From assembly GCA_902384555.1 (NCBI GenBank), contig CABMCD010000004.1:11909-75908 (forward strand): DNA of 64,000 nt. Reading direction: 5' to 3'. Positions within the stretch are counted from its first letter, which is position 1. Every line of letters begins with the position of its first letter. Shown piece after piece: positions 55,200-64,000 of this stretch. The translations under genes and the position numbers were made by a program. The notes beneath the pieces were generated by a model, which saw only the letters and a program-made list of their open reading frames with translations, made no database searches and was not told where the DNA came from. This stretch comes from an uncultured archaeon. Its GTDB lineage: Archaea > Micrarchaeota > Micrarchaeia > Anstonellales > Anstonellaceae.

Positions 55200-56051
55200 A
55201 TGAGCATGGAATGGAAACCGCCCAATAAACTGAAAAAGGCCGCCCAGAGCGTCACCAGAAAATTCTCGGACGCTCGTGCGGCCGCCCGGCTCTTCGGAGG
55301 CGTCCTCCAGAAATTCGACCGGGGCTTCGATGAATTGGCGTTGGAGACCGGAAAATCCAAATTCCGGCTTAAAATGGCCTATTGGACCCAGACGGTTCCG
55401 GATTTGTGTCGCGATGCTTGGGGTGAGCTGATTTCAGCCCGCGTGCCGGCCGTCCAGAGCCAAAAGACGGTCATCGTTTTCCCGGGCTATATGGCCAAAG
55501 CCACCCAGATGCCCAAACTGCTGAATGCACTGGCTGAATGCGGGTATGAGGTGCGGCAGGTCAAGGGCTGGCTCTTCTTCTCCACGGTGCGAAGAATACT
55601 TGCGGGCGGGGTCACGCACATTCGGCAGGCCAAGGAGAAAAATCAGCAAATCGTCCTGCTGGGCAACAGCTTTGGCGGAGCCTTCGCGCACCAGCTGGGC
55701 CGAAAACATGACCTGCCGTCCATCAGCATGAGCACCCCCCTCGATGCCAAGAGCGGAGTTTTCGGCGTCGCGGTGCGGTTGTTTGGAATGAAAGGGTTCC
55801 AAGACGTGGAGATTCCGCCGAAAGGCATCTCGCTTGTTGAGCAGCATTCGGAAACCATCCCATTCTCTAAAAACGACCCGCCCCAGATAAGGCGCATTGA
55901 GGGGGTCTATAGCCATTTGGCCATCAACAACCCAAAGGTCGTCCAAACCATCGTGAAGGCAACGAAATCCGCATTCCAAATACATTATGAAATGACACCC
56001 GCCGTGAGGCCCGTCGGCGAGCCGGAGCGGAAGACGGAAACGGCGGCGTGA
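55200..56051 (+). CDS. alpha/beta-hydrolase-fold protein (lipase/esterase GxSxG)
   Basis: GNSFGG nucleophile elbow, preceded by VIVFPGY. The 60 nt upstream (55140-55199) are AT-rich with a TATA-like tttataatta, so they are treated as promoter rather than coding. Confidence 0.55.
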   Translation: MSMEWKPPNKLKKAAQSVTRKFSDARAAARLFGGVLQKFDRGFDELALETGKSKFRLKMAYWTQTVPDLCRDAWGELISARVPAVQSQKTVIVFPGYMAKATQMPKLLNALAECGYEVRQVKGWLFFSTVRRILAGGVTHIRQAKEKNQQIVLLGNSFGGAFAHQLGRKHDLPSISMSTPLDAKSGVFGVAVRLFGMKGFQDVEIPPKGISLVEQHSETIPFSKNDPPQIRRIEGVYSHLAINNPKVVQTIVKATKSAFQIHYEMTPAVRPVGEPERKTETAA

Positions 56052-56056
56052 GTGGC

Positions 56057-57124
56057 CTATTTCGGCTCCTGCTGGCTCGCGCAGTGGATGCCACCGTAGC
56101 CGAACACCAGGCCTTGCGCCTGAATCGGAATGACTTCGCGCCCTGAAAAGCACGAGCCCAGAATTTCGGCCGCCTCCTTGTCCTTTTCATCTCCAAACGC
56201 CGGCATCAGCACCACTTTGTTGGCAGCGTAGAAATTGGCGTACGAGGCCGGCAGGCGGCGGTTTTCCTCCTCGTCCACCAGAGGTTTGGGCATGGGCAGG
56301 CGCACCACTTCGGAAAGGCCGGAATGCGCGCGCAGAATCGCCTCGTTTTCCTCCAATACGCGCGTGTTGGCGTCCCCCTTGTTTGAGCTGGAATTGCACA
56401 GCGCCCGGCCGGGGCCGAAGAAGCGGGCGAAATCATCCACATGCCCGTCCGTGTCGTCGCCCTCGATGCCGGAGGAGAGCCAGAGGATGTCGGACACGCC
56501 CAAATAGTCGCGTAAAATTTTGGAAATCTGGCTTTGGTTGAGGGTGGGGTTGCGGTTGGGATTGAGCAGGCATTGTTTGGTGGTCAGCAATTGGCCGGCG
56601 CCGTCCGCATCAATCGAGCCGCCCTCCATCACAATATTGGGATGGAAGACGCGCACGCCCGCTTTCTCGGCCGAGCGGGCGATGGTCTCGCCCGTCTCGT
56701 TGTCCATGAGCAAATCGTCGTATTTGCCGCCCCAGGCATTGAATTCCCATTTGACGCAGGCGCGGCTGCGCGTGCGCTTGTTGAGCAGGAAGGTGGGGCC
56801 GTAGTCGCGAATCCACACGCAGCCGGTTGGGATGAGATGCAAATGAAGATTGGAATCATGCACGCCCGCTTTTTCCAGCCGCTTGCGCACCTGCTCGGCC
56901 ACGGTCTGGTCGTCCACCAGCAGGTTGACCTGCTCCTGCCCGCTCAGGGAGACGGCCATTTGCACAAAAGTTTCCTCTACTTGAGGCAGGATGCGCGGGG
57001 GGAAGGTGAGAGGATTCTTGGGCCAGGTCAGCCAGGTGCCCGAATGAGGAGCCCACTCGGAGGGCATGTAGAAGCCCGCCGAAACAGGGGTGGTGGGAAG
57101 GCTGGTGCGGCCGTCGAGGTCCAT
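56057..57124 (-). CDS. aguA: agmatine deiminase (peptidyl-arginine deiminase family)
   Basis: Porphyromonas-type PAD fold with a C-terminal catalytic Cys motif GGIHCASQQ. Confidence 0.8.
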   Translation of the reverse strand: MDLDGRTSLPTTPVSAGFYMPSEWAPHSGTWLTWPKNPLTFPPRILPQVEETFVQMAVSLSGQEQVNLLVDDQTVAEQVRKRLEKAGVHDSNLHLHLIPTGCVWIRDYGPTFLLNKRTRSRACVKWEFNAWGGKYDDLLMDNETGETIARSAEKAGVRVFHPNIVMEGGSIDADGAGQLLTTKQCLLNPNRNPTLNQSQISKILRDYLGVSDILWLSSGIEGDDTDGHVDDFARFFGPGRALCNSSSNKGDANTRVLEENEAILRAHSGLSEVVRLPMPKPLVDEEENRRLPASYANFYAANKVVLMPAFGDEKDKEAAEILGSCFSGREVIPIQAQGLVFGYGGIHCASQQEPK

Positions 57125-57126
57125 GC

Positions 57127-58002
57127 TTATTCCTCCGTCAGCTTGCCGTACATTTCAGGCCGCCGGTTGTAGAAAAAGCGCCAGCCCTCGCGCACCATGT
57201 GGGAATGCGAGAGGTCCACCGGCACGATGAGGACTTCCTCGTTCTTGCCGGCTCTGGCCAGCGTCTTGCCGAACGCATCACACACAAACGAGCCGCCCCA
57301 AAAGGTCATGGCATCTTCGCGCCCGCACCGATTCACGGCTGCCACAATGACGTTGTTGGAAATGGCGTGCCCGCGCATGACGTTTTCCCATGCTTCTTGC
57401 CAGTTGCCTTCCGCCTGCTCCACGCCGTCCACCAGGCCGATGGCGGTGGGGTAGAAGATAATTTGCGCGCCCATCAGCGCGCAAATGCGGGCAGCCTCCG
57501 GGTACCACTGGTCATAGCAGATGAGGGGGGAAAAGGAAGCCATTGGAGACTTAAACACCTTGAAACCCGTGTCTCCCTTTTCGAAATAGTGCTGCTCGTA
57601 AAAGTTCGGGTCGTGCGGAATATGGGTTTTGCGGTAAGAGCCCAGCAGATGGCCGTCGGGGCCGAAGGTATGGGAGGTGTTGTAGAGCTTGTCGGTTTTG
57701 GCGTCCTTCTCATAGATGGAGCCGCCCACCAGAGTGATTTTGTTTTTCTTGGCGCAAGTGGAAAGAGCCGAGGCGACGGCCCCGTCGGCCGCCTGCGCGT
57801 AAGATTTGGCCTTTTTGCCCTCTTCGCTCTTGCCCTCATACTGGCAGAAGTAGGGCGCGTCAAACAATTCAGGCAAACACACCATCGAGGCGCCCTTCTG
57901 GGCCGCCTGCTCCACTAAGGAGAGGGCGTGCGCCAGATTTTTGGACGGCTCGGCCTGCATCTTCATCTGCACCAGGCCGACCGAAAATGGTTTGGAAGAC
58001 AT
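57127..58002 (-). CDS. N-carbamoylputrescine amidohydrolase (CN-hydrolase / nitrilase superfamily)
   Basis: Start at MSSKPFSVGLVQM. E-K-C triad context (LPELF ... ICYDQWYPE). Adjacent to aguA. Confidence 0.75.
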   Translation of the reverse strand: MSSKPFSVGLVQMKMQAEPSKNLAHALSLVEQAAQKGASMVCLPELFDAPYFCQYEGKSEEGKKAKSYAQAADGAVASALSTCAKKNKITLVGGSIYEKDAKTDKLYNTSHTFGPDGHLLGSYRKTHIPHDPNFYEQHYFEKGDTGFKVFKSPMASFSPLICYDQWYPEAARICALMGAQIIFYPTAIGLVDGVEQAEGNWQEAWENVMRGHAISNNVIVAAVNRCGREDAMTFWGGSFVCDAFGKTLARAGKNEEVLIVPVDLSHSHMVREGWRFFYNRRPEMYGKLTEE

Positions 58003-58057
58003 ATGGTCATTTTTGCGAAGCGGATGGATAAAAAGGCTTGGGGGAGAAAGGGGGAAT

Positions 58058-59089
58058 ATGGCGGAGAAGAAATCGGCAGGGGGGGCCGTCAAGGCTTGGC
58101 TCAAGCTGGTCAGGATTGAGCATGCGCTCATGAGCTGCGTGGGTGTGGGCATTGCCATGCTGCTGGCCATCAAGCAGCCATATATCATCCCCAATCTGAG
58201 CATGCATGCTTCGGCAGAGTTCGGGTTTTGGCCTGCGCCTCCGCTTCTGGCATGGCTGCTTGCCCTCGCCGTGCCCTTCTTTATCAACATTTCCTCCTTT
58301 GCCCTCAACGATTACTTCGACATCGAGGCCGACCGAAAGAACGGGCAACTCAAGCGGCCGCTCGTGTCCGGCGCGCTCAAGCCATCGGTTGCGCTATGGA
58401 CCGCCATTCTCGGATATGCCATCGGCATGCTCGCAGGCTGGCTGCTCAATCCCGTGTGCGGGACCATTGCCACCATCTTCACCCTGCTCTCCATTGCCTA
58501 CAATTACAAATTGAAAGACTGGCCGCTGGTCGGCAATGCCTATATCGCCCTCTCCATGGCGATTGCGTTCTTGTTCGGGGCTGGAGCGGTAATGTCCAAA
58601 AACGACGGCTTGACGGGCTTGTTGGCGATGATGACATCGTTTGGATGGACGACGCCGCTGGTGCTGCTCTTTTCCCCCCTATTCCTTATCTTCAGTGACG
58701 GCATGCCCGCCACCATCCTCTGGCTCACGGCCGGAGCCTTCTTTGCCGGACTTGCGCGCGAAATCATCAAGAGCGTGCAGGACATGGAGGGCGACAAAAA
58801 GGCCAGAAATTCCAAGCACCTGCCCATCCTCATCGGCGCGCAGAACGCGCTGGCCGTCGCTTCCGTGTGCGTGGTGGGCTACAGCGTCTGCGTGGCGCAG
58901 CTGGCCGGCCTGATGAAAGACCAGCCCCTGACGCAGTTCCTGCTCATCCTCTCCGGCGCGGCCTATGCGGCCATTGCCCTCGTGCTCTGGAAGTGGGCGG
59001 AAAAGGATTACATGCTCGAACTGGCGCGTAAGGCCAGTTTGTACGCGCTCATGCTCGCATTGGTGGCCATGCTGGTGGGGGCCATCTGA
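58058..59089 (+). CDS. UbiA-family prenyltransferase (likely digeranylgeranylglyceryl phosphate synthase)
   Basis: NDYFDIEADRKN Asp-rich motif, a second D-rich motif IKSVQDMEGD, and 8-9 TM helices. Confidence 0.65.
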   Translation: MAEKKSAGGAVKAWLKLVRIEHALMSCVGVGIAMLLAIKQPYIIPNLSMHASAEFGFWPAPPLLAWLLALAVPFFINISSFALNDYFDIEADRKNGQLKRPLVSGALKPSVALWTAILGYAIGMLAGWLLNPVCGTIATIFTLLSIAYNYKLKDWPLVGNAYIALSMAIAFLFGAGAVMSKNDGLTGLLAMMTSFGWTTPLVLLFSPLFLIFSDGMPATILWLTAGAFFAGLAREIIKSVQDMEGDKKARNSKHLPILIGAQNALAVASVCVVGYSVCVAQLAGLMKDQPLTQFLLILSGAAYAAIALVLWKWAEKDYMLELARKASLYALMLALVAMLVGAI

Positions 59090-59101
59090 AAAGGTGAAAA
59101 C

Positions 59102-59980
59102 ATGCAAGTGATAACCAAGACCGAGCTGCCCCTCAAGAAATTCTCTTCCGGCAAGGTGAGAGACACCTATGAGCTGGGCGAGGATTTGCTCATGGTGGCC
59201 TCCGACCGCCTCTCCGCATTTGATGTCGTCTTCTCGCAGGGCATTCCCTACAAAGGAGCCGTGCTCACCGAATTGTCGCTCTTCTGGTTTGATTTGCTCA
59301 AAGGAGTGACCAAGAACCACCTCTTGCCCCTCGACCTTCCCTCCAATCTCGCCCGTCTTCCCATTTCGCTGGAGCGGCGCGCCATGCGCGTGGTGAAGGC
59401 CAAACCCCTCGCCATGGAATGCATCGTGCGCGGCTATGTGGCCGGCTCGGGATGGAAGGATTACCAAAAGAGCGGCATGATTTGCGGGCACCAACTGCCG
59501 GCTGGTTTGAAGCAGGCCCAGCAATTGCCCCAGCCCATTTTCACCCCCTCCACCAAGGCCACGTCCGGCCACGATGAAAACATCAACCGCCAAGCGGGCG
59601 AGAAGCTGGTGGGCAAGGATGTGTATGATGAAGTGGAAGAAAAGGCCATTTCCATCTACGAACACGCATCCAAGCATGCTAAGAGCAAGGGCATCATTCT
59701 GGCTGACACCAAATTCGAATTTGGGCTCTATCAGGACGAAGTGATTCTCATTGACGAGGTGCTGACGCCGGATTCCAGCCGCTACTGGCCGGTGGCGCAA
59801 TACCAGGAGGGCATCAGCCCGCCCTCATTTGACAAGCAATTTGTCCGGGATTATTTGGAAACCACCGGCTGGGACAAGAAGCCGCCCGCCCCCGCGCTGC
59901 CACAGGAAATCATTTCCAAAACGTCCGAGAAATACATCGAGGCGTATGAAAGAATAAGCGGGAAGAAATTTGTGAGATAA
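59102..59980 (+). CDS. purC: phosphoribosylaminoimidazole-succinocarboxamide synthase (SAICAR synthetase)
   Basis: GKVRDTYE, SDRLSAFD, LADTKFEFG motifs. Confidence 0.85.
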   Translation: MQVITKTELPLKKFSSGKVRDTYELGEDLLMVASDRLSAFDVVFSQGIPYKGAVLTELSLFWFDLLKGVTKNHLLPLDLPSNLARLPISLERRAMRVVKAKPLAMECIVRGYVAGSGWKDYQKSGMICGHQLPAGLKQAQQLPQPIFTPSTKATSGHDENINRQAGEKLVGKDVYDEVEEKAISIYEHASKHAKSKGIILADTKFEFGLYQDEVILIDEVLTPDSSRYWPVAQYQEGISPPSFDKQFVRDYLETTGWDKKPPAPALPQEIISKTSEKYIEAYERISGKKFVR

Positions 59981-59995
59981 AAAGGATTTGAAAAA

Positions 59996-60478
59996 TCAAA
60001 TCTTGATGGCCCGCACGTCCTCGGCCATTTTCTTTCTCGACGCCTGCAATTTGGCCATCAAATCAGAGTCTGAGAGCGCGAGCAGGCGCACTGCCAGCAG
60101 GCCGGCATTTTTCGCCGAGTTGATGCCCACCGTAGCCACCGGCACGCCGGGCGGCATCTGCACGGTGGACAGAAGAGAATCAAGACCCTTGAGCGACTTG
60201 GATTCGACCGGAACGCCAATCACCGGCAGGGGCGTCAGCGAGGCGCACACGCCGGCCAAATGCGCGGCGCCGCCCGCGCCGGCAATGATGATTTTCATGC
60301 CCCGCTCGTGCGCGCCCGACACATACTCGTGAACCAAATCGGGGGAGCGGTGCGCCGAGGCCACCTTCATCTCGCAGGAGATGCCGAATTCGCCCAGCGC
60401 CTTGGAGGCTTCGCTCATGACTTCCAAATCGGATTTGGAGCCCATCAGGATGCCGACCAGAGGTTTGGAGGGGGACAT
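59996..60478 (-). CDS. purE: N5-carboxyaminoimidazole ribonucleotide mutase
   Basis: GSKSD, GAGGAAHLAG motifs; ~160 aa. Confidence 0.85.
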   Translation of the reverse strand: MSPSKPLVGILMGSKSDLEVMSEASKALGEFGISCEMKVASAHRSPDLVHEYVSGAHERGMKIIIAGAGGAAHLAGVCASLTPLPVIGVPVESKSLKGLDSLLSTVQMPPGVPVATVGINSAKNAGLLAVRLLALSDSDLMAKLQASRKKMAEDVRAIKI

Positions 60479-60540
60479 AGGTTCACCAAACAGGCAGACG
60501 GAGCCAGAGGCTATAAACCTAATGCGGAAAAGCGAAGGAC

Positions 60541-61368
60541 ATGGGGAAAAAGTTTGGCCTGCTCTTCTTTCTCTTGCTGCTGATTCTGCCCCTTCTTTCG
60601 GCCAAAATCTGGGTGAACGAGCCCAAGCTGGGGCAAACGCTCGAGGTGCTGGTTGAGAACCAGAGCTTGGACAACCTCACGCTGCGCCACCCGGACGGCA
60701 CGCTCGAAGTGTTGAGTCTGCAGGACGGGCAGCTGAGCTATCCCATCAACCAGAGCGGCCGCTGGGAGCTGGAGGCGGACGGGCAGAAATGGAGCTGGAC
60801 GGTGGCGGCAGAAGGAGGGAGCGGGCCTCTGAGGCCGGGGGACGCTCGGCCCGATGCGCTGGGGCCGATGGCCCTGCTGGCGCTGGTTTTGGTCCTGCTC
60901 GCGCTGGCCGGGCTGGCCGTCTATTTCCTGGTCTTCAAGGCCCCGGCCGCGCAGCCCCCCGCGCTTGAAAAAACCAGAAAAAACGGGAACGTGCGCATCC
61001 GCCTGCGCGCCGGCACCCGGCCCCTCGCGCAGGTGAGCCTGGAGGATTCGGACGGCGCGGGCCGCAAACTGCGCCGCGAGCGGCTGCGCGCGGGCGAGGC
61101 GCTGGAAATGCAGCACGAGTGGGAGGGCGACATGGGGGAAGCGCGGGCAACCTTCGAGCTGGACGGGCGGAAGAGGGAGCTGCGCGTGCGCGAGGGCGTG
61201 CAGGCGCTGGAAACGGTGGAAATGCTGGTGCTGGAAGAAGAGCAGGAGCCCGACAAAAGGCCGCTGGGCCGGGCCGGCCTGCCGGAGAGGAAGGCGGGAG
61301 GGCCGAAATCAAACGCGGATTTTGACCGGGCGGGACAGAAGCGCAAGCTGGCGCGAGAGCGCAGATGA
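60541..61368 (+). CDS. type-I membrane protein (signal peptide, extracellular domain, one TM, highly charged cytoplasmic tail)
   Basis: MGKKFGLLFFLLLLILPLLSA signal; TM ALLALVLVLLALAGLAVYFLVF; R/E-rich tail. Confidence 0.5.
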   Translation: MGKKFGLLFFLLLLILPLLSAKIWVNEPKLGQTLEVLVENQSLDNLTLRHPDGTLEVLSLQDGQLSYPINQSGRWELEADGQKWSWTVAAEGGSGPLRPGDARPDALGPMALLALVLVLLALAGLAVYFLVFKAPAAQPPALEKTRKNGNVRIRLRAGTRPLAQVSLEDSDGAGRKLRRERLRAGEALEMQHEWEGDMGEARATFELDGRKRELRVREGVQALETVEMLVLEEEQEPDKRPLGRAGLPERKAGGPKSNADFDRAGQKRKLARERR

Positions 61369-61380
61369 AGAGCCGATTGC

Positions 61381-61893
61381 TTATCGCTGGGTGCGCTCCA
61401 AAAATCCGGCATCCGGTATTTCGCCCGGCGTCTCCTCCGGGCCGGAAGCGGTTTCCTCCTGCGAGGCGATGCCCAGGCCGCGGGTGAGTATCCAGTACAG
61501 CAGCAGCGCGTCAGCGCCGACGAAAATGGCGGGCATGAGGTCCGCGAGGGTGAACTGGAAGGTCAGGAAGGAGAACTCGTAGACCGGCAGGCTGGAGAAA
61601 AGCAGGAATTCCAGCAGCAGGAGGCAGATGAACATCACCGACTGCGCCAGGCTGATGCTCCGGGTGAAGGCATAGGTGAAGATGCCCAGCACCACCAGCA
61701 TCACCGAGAGCAGCAGGGCGGGGTCGAAAAGCGGGCGCAGCTGGATGAACAGCACCAGCAGCAGGGCGAGGAGCAGCACCTCGGCCGAGGCGAGGATGAC
61801 GAACGCGTAGCGGCTCTGCCTGGCGGAGAAGGAGGGGGCGGATTTGTGCTTGGAATCCAGGGTGGTGAAGCGCATGAAAGAAACCCGGTTCAT
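61381..61893 (-). CDS. hypothetical integral membrane protein
   Basis: 4 TM helices. Confidence 0.45.
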   Translation of the reverse strand: MNRVSFMRFTTLDSKHKSAPSFSARQSRYAFVILASAEVLLLALLLVLFIQLRPLFDPALLLSVMLVVLGIFTYAFTRSISLAQSVMFICLLLLEFLLFSSLPVYEFSFLTFQFTLADLMPAIFVGADALLLYWILTRGLGIASQEETASGPEETPGEIPDAGFLERTQR

Positions 61894-62879
61894 CGGCCTT
61901 TTCGAGGCGGCTTGGGCGCCGGCAGGGCGCGGGCCAGTTCGGCGAATTCGTCCGGCGCCAGTTGGAAGACGCGGCGAGCAGGTATTTTAAGGTTCTGGGC
62001 CTGCGCGCGCGCCTCTGCCTTGCTCCAGCCCCAGTGCGAGCGCGCATGCACCAGCGCGCCGGCCGCCGACTGCAGGCGGTGGGAGAAGAGGGCGGCCGTG
62101 AGCGCGTCCAGATGGGGCGGAAGGGCTTCGACACCGGATTTTGGAGTCAGGCAGAGGATGGCGGAATCGACTTTGGGGGGCGGCGTGAAGGAGGTGCGCG
62201 GCACCTGCTCGAGGATTTGCATCTCAAAGCGCAGCTGGGCATAAACCGAGAGCCGGCCGTATTCGGACGAGCCGGCCGGGGCCGCCAGGCGCTCGGCCAC
62301 CTCCTTTTGCACGCACAGCACGGCCTTGGCGAATTTCATGCGCCCCAGCTTGAGCAGGATGGGCGAGGTGATTTGGTAGGGGATGTTGCCGGCGATTCGG
62401 GAAAAGGAAGAGGGGGTGGAGGGGCCGGCGGGCGCGAGAGTGTCGGGCAGGGAGAGAAAGTCGGCCTCGACAACCTGCACGCGCGGCTCGCCCCTGAATT
62501 TTTGGCGCAGATATTCGGCCCAGCGGCCGTCCATCTCCACCAACAGCAGGGAGGCGGGGCCTCGCTGCAAAATCCGCTCCGAGAGCCGCCCGTCGCCGGC
62601 CCCGATTTCGAGCACGGCTTCGCCCTTCACGTCCAGCGCCTCGGCCTCGCCCTCCAGCACGCGCGCGTCGGTGAGGAAGTTCTGCGAGCGCGATTTCTTG
62701 AGCTCGAAATGGGGGGAGGAGAGGGAAGAGGGAGGCGCGGGGAGGACGGAAGAAGGGCGGCTGGCGGCCGAGGGATGGGGGCGGACCGGGCCGCGGGCGG
62801 AAGGAGGGCGCGAGGCGGACGAGGAATGCGGGCGGGCGGAGAGCGGACGGGTTTTGCGGCGCGGGTTTGGCGGAGCCAT
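61890..62879 (-). CDS. rsmA: 16S rRNA (adenine1518/1519-N6)-dimethyltransferase KsgA/Dim1
   Basis: SQNFL motif, SAM-binding LEIGAGDGRLS, catalytic NIPY. The P/S-rich N-terminal ~55 aa of the ORF are probably not translated (no internal ATG; GTG/TTG start likely). Confidence 0.7.
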   Translation of the reverse strand: MAPPNPRRKTRPLSARPHSSSASRPPSARGPVRPHPSAASRPSSVLPAPPSSLSSPHFELKKSRSQNFLTDARVLEGEAEALDVKGEAVLEIGAGDGRLSERILQRGPASLLLVEMDGRWAEYLRQKFRGEPRVQVVEADFLSLPDTLAPAGPSTPSSFSRIAGNIPYQITSPILLKLGRMKFAKAVLCVQKEVAERLAAPAGSSEYGRLSVYAQLRFEMQILEQVPRTSFTPPPKVDSAILCLTPKSGVEALPPHLDALTAALFSHRLQSAAGALVHARSHWGWSKAEARAQAQNLKIPARRVFQLAPDEFAELARALPAPKPPRKGR

Positions 62880-62946
62880 CGGCGCGATTTGCGGCTTTTG
62901 GATTTATATGGCTGCCCGCCGGCGAGAGCAGGAATATAAACACGGA

Positions 62947-63516
62947 ATGTTAGAAAAAGAAACAATTGATGTGGTGGGAATGGGCACAAACCGGTTCATG
63001 GGAAGCTTGGTCCAGCTGCTGCCATCAATCAGCGGATGCGGGCTGGAGCGATGCGCCAAGAAGGCATATGCGGCCAGCGTCTTCCGCTTCATGCCCGGCC
63101 CGCTGAGCGAATCCTATTTGAAGTATTTGAAGGCTCCCACTGAGGAGAACGCGGACAAGCTGCGGGTGCAGATTGTGGAGCGCGCGAGCGGGCTCTTTGA
63201 GAACCGCGCCCCGTTGTGGCGCTGGCGCGCGTCCGAAATCTTCAACCGGGGCATACGCACCTTGTTGGAGCAGAACCCGGCCGTGGCCGAGATGCTGGTG
63301 CTCGACGGCATGACCATGCGCTACCGGCTGCTGGATGAAAAAATCGGGAAATGGAGCAAAAACGGCGGAGCCTGCAAGGCCGAACAGGCGTACAAAAAGG
63401 CGATGTTGGACTTCTCGCCCTCATCCATCGAGTACAAGTACCGCATCAAGTGCCAGAACCCGGAGTTTGGACGGCTCCAGATGAACGTGCAGGGCCTTGA
63501 GCAGCACTTGAACTGA
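62947..63516 (+). CDS. hypothetical protein (189 aa)
   Basis: Start at MLEKETID. The 188-aa N-terminal stretch in the ORF track is antisense to ksgA and is discarded. Confidence 0.4.
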   Translation: MLEKETIDVVGMGTNRFMGSLVQLLPSISGCGLERCAKKAYAASVFRFMPGPLSESYLKYLKAPTEENADKLRVQIVERASGLFENRAPLWRWRASEIFNRGIRTLLEQNPAVAEMLVLDGMTMRYRLLDEKIGKWSKNGGACKAEQAYKKAMLDFSPSSIEYKYRIKCQNPEFGRLQMNVQGLEQHLN

Positions 63517-63520
63517 TTTT

Positions 63521-64000
63521 TCACTCGTTTCTCGCCGGCGGGCGCACGAAGAGGTAGTGCTGCACCTTAGCCTGCATTTCCTCCTGGATGCGGTTGGCCA
63601 GAAGCTGCGTCGGGTCGGGCATCAGCGGCAGGCGGGCGTGCAGGTCGGCGAAGCTCTCGAAGGGCTTCTGCTCGCGCGCCTCGAGGATTTGGGTGAGGTG
63701 GCGCTTGCCGATGCCGTTGATAAGCTCCAGCTGGTGCAGGCGCACCGAGAGCGGGCCGGCCTTGTTGAAGAACGAGACGAATTCGGCCTCGCGGTAGAGG
63801 AGAATCTTGCCCAGCACCGTGGGCAGCTCGGTGCGGGCCGTGCCGGTCAGGTCATCGAAATGCAGGCGCTTGCGGATGCGGTCCACTTCCGCGCGCTCGG
63901 CCGGGCCGATGTAGATGCGCTGGCCGAACGCCAGGCTGGTGCCGGGCTTGACGCTGACCTCGAAGAGGGTGAAAAAGCGCTCGCCCACCAGTTGCGCGAT
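63521..64000 (-). CDS. helix-hairpin-helix protein (DUF655-like), N-terminus truncated by the window edge
   Basis: HhH segment LHQLELINGIGKRHLTQILEAR, and a C-terminal ...YLFVRPPARNE. Confidence 0.5.
   Translation of the reverse strand: MAQLVGERFFTLFEVSVKPGTSLAFGQRIYIGPAERAEVDRIRKRLHFDDLTGTARTELPTVLGKILLYREAEFVSFFNKAGPLSVRLHQLELINGIGKRHLTQILEAREQKPFESFADLHARLPLMPDPTQLLANRIQEEMQAKVQHYLFVRPPARNE

Noticed and set aside
1-64000. CRISPR arrays, rRNA genes, transposases/IS elements, integrases
   Set aside because: Read both strands for short direct repeats with unique spacers, for IS terminal inverted repeats and for DDE/tyrosine-recombinase motifs; none found. The only strongly repetitive structure is the paralog gene array, which is protein-coding

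Overview
This 64 kb window looks like a chromosomal segment of a high-GC (~60-65%) archaeon. Four features support that assignment: the DNA polymerase D pair (DP1 + DP2), the primase pair (PriS/PriL), the AMP phosphorylase + ribose-1,5-bisphosphate isomerase pair, and an intron-containing tRNA. Most genes are housekeeping and are listed in the feature table. The standout feature is at 30153-43922 on the minus strand: a tandem array of nine paralogous, cysteine-rich, signal-peptide-less proteins whose family I do not recognise. Seven are about 525-540 aa and consist of two homologous ~260-aa modules; the last two genes (i, then h) are a split N-module + C-module pair. Inferred gene junctions are tight (ATGA start/stop overlaps at five junctions, an 11-nt overlap at h/i, and a 3-nt spacer after guaAA), from guaAA down to gene b. 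One AT-rich divergent promoter region interrupts the array; it drives an oppositely oriented tandem-fused Lrp/AsnC regulator. A HerA/VirB4-like (DUF87) P-loop ATPase lies immediately downstream. Taken together this looks like a previously undescribed multi-gene system. Secondary points: a tRNA-Gly(CCC) with an ~84-nt intron; an EF-Tu-like protein with a degenerate G domain; a low-GC ORF beside a truncated tRNA at the window start; a divergent Pro-rich/coiled-coil gene pair; and two stand-alone TRAM-domain proteins. The six-frame track contains many long antisense or out-of-frame ORFs, which I treat as high-GC artefacts. Everything here is by-eye motif reading; no database search was possible. 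Sub-ORF start coordinates were derived arithmetically from the ORF track and may be off by a few nucleotides.
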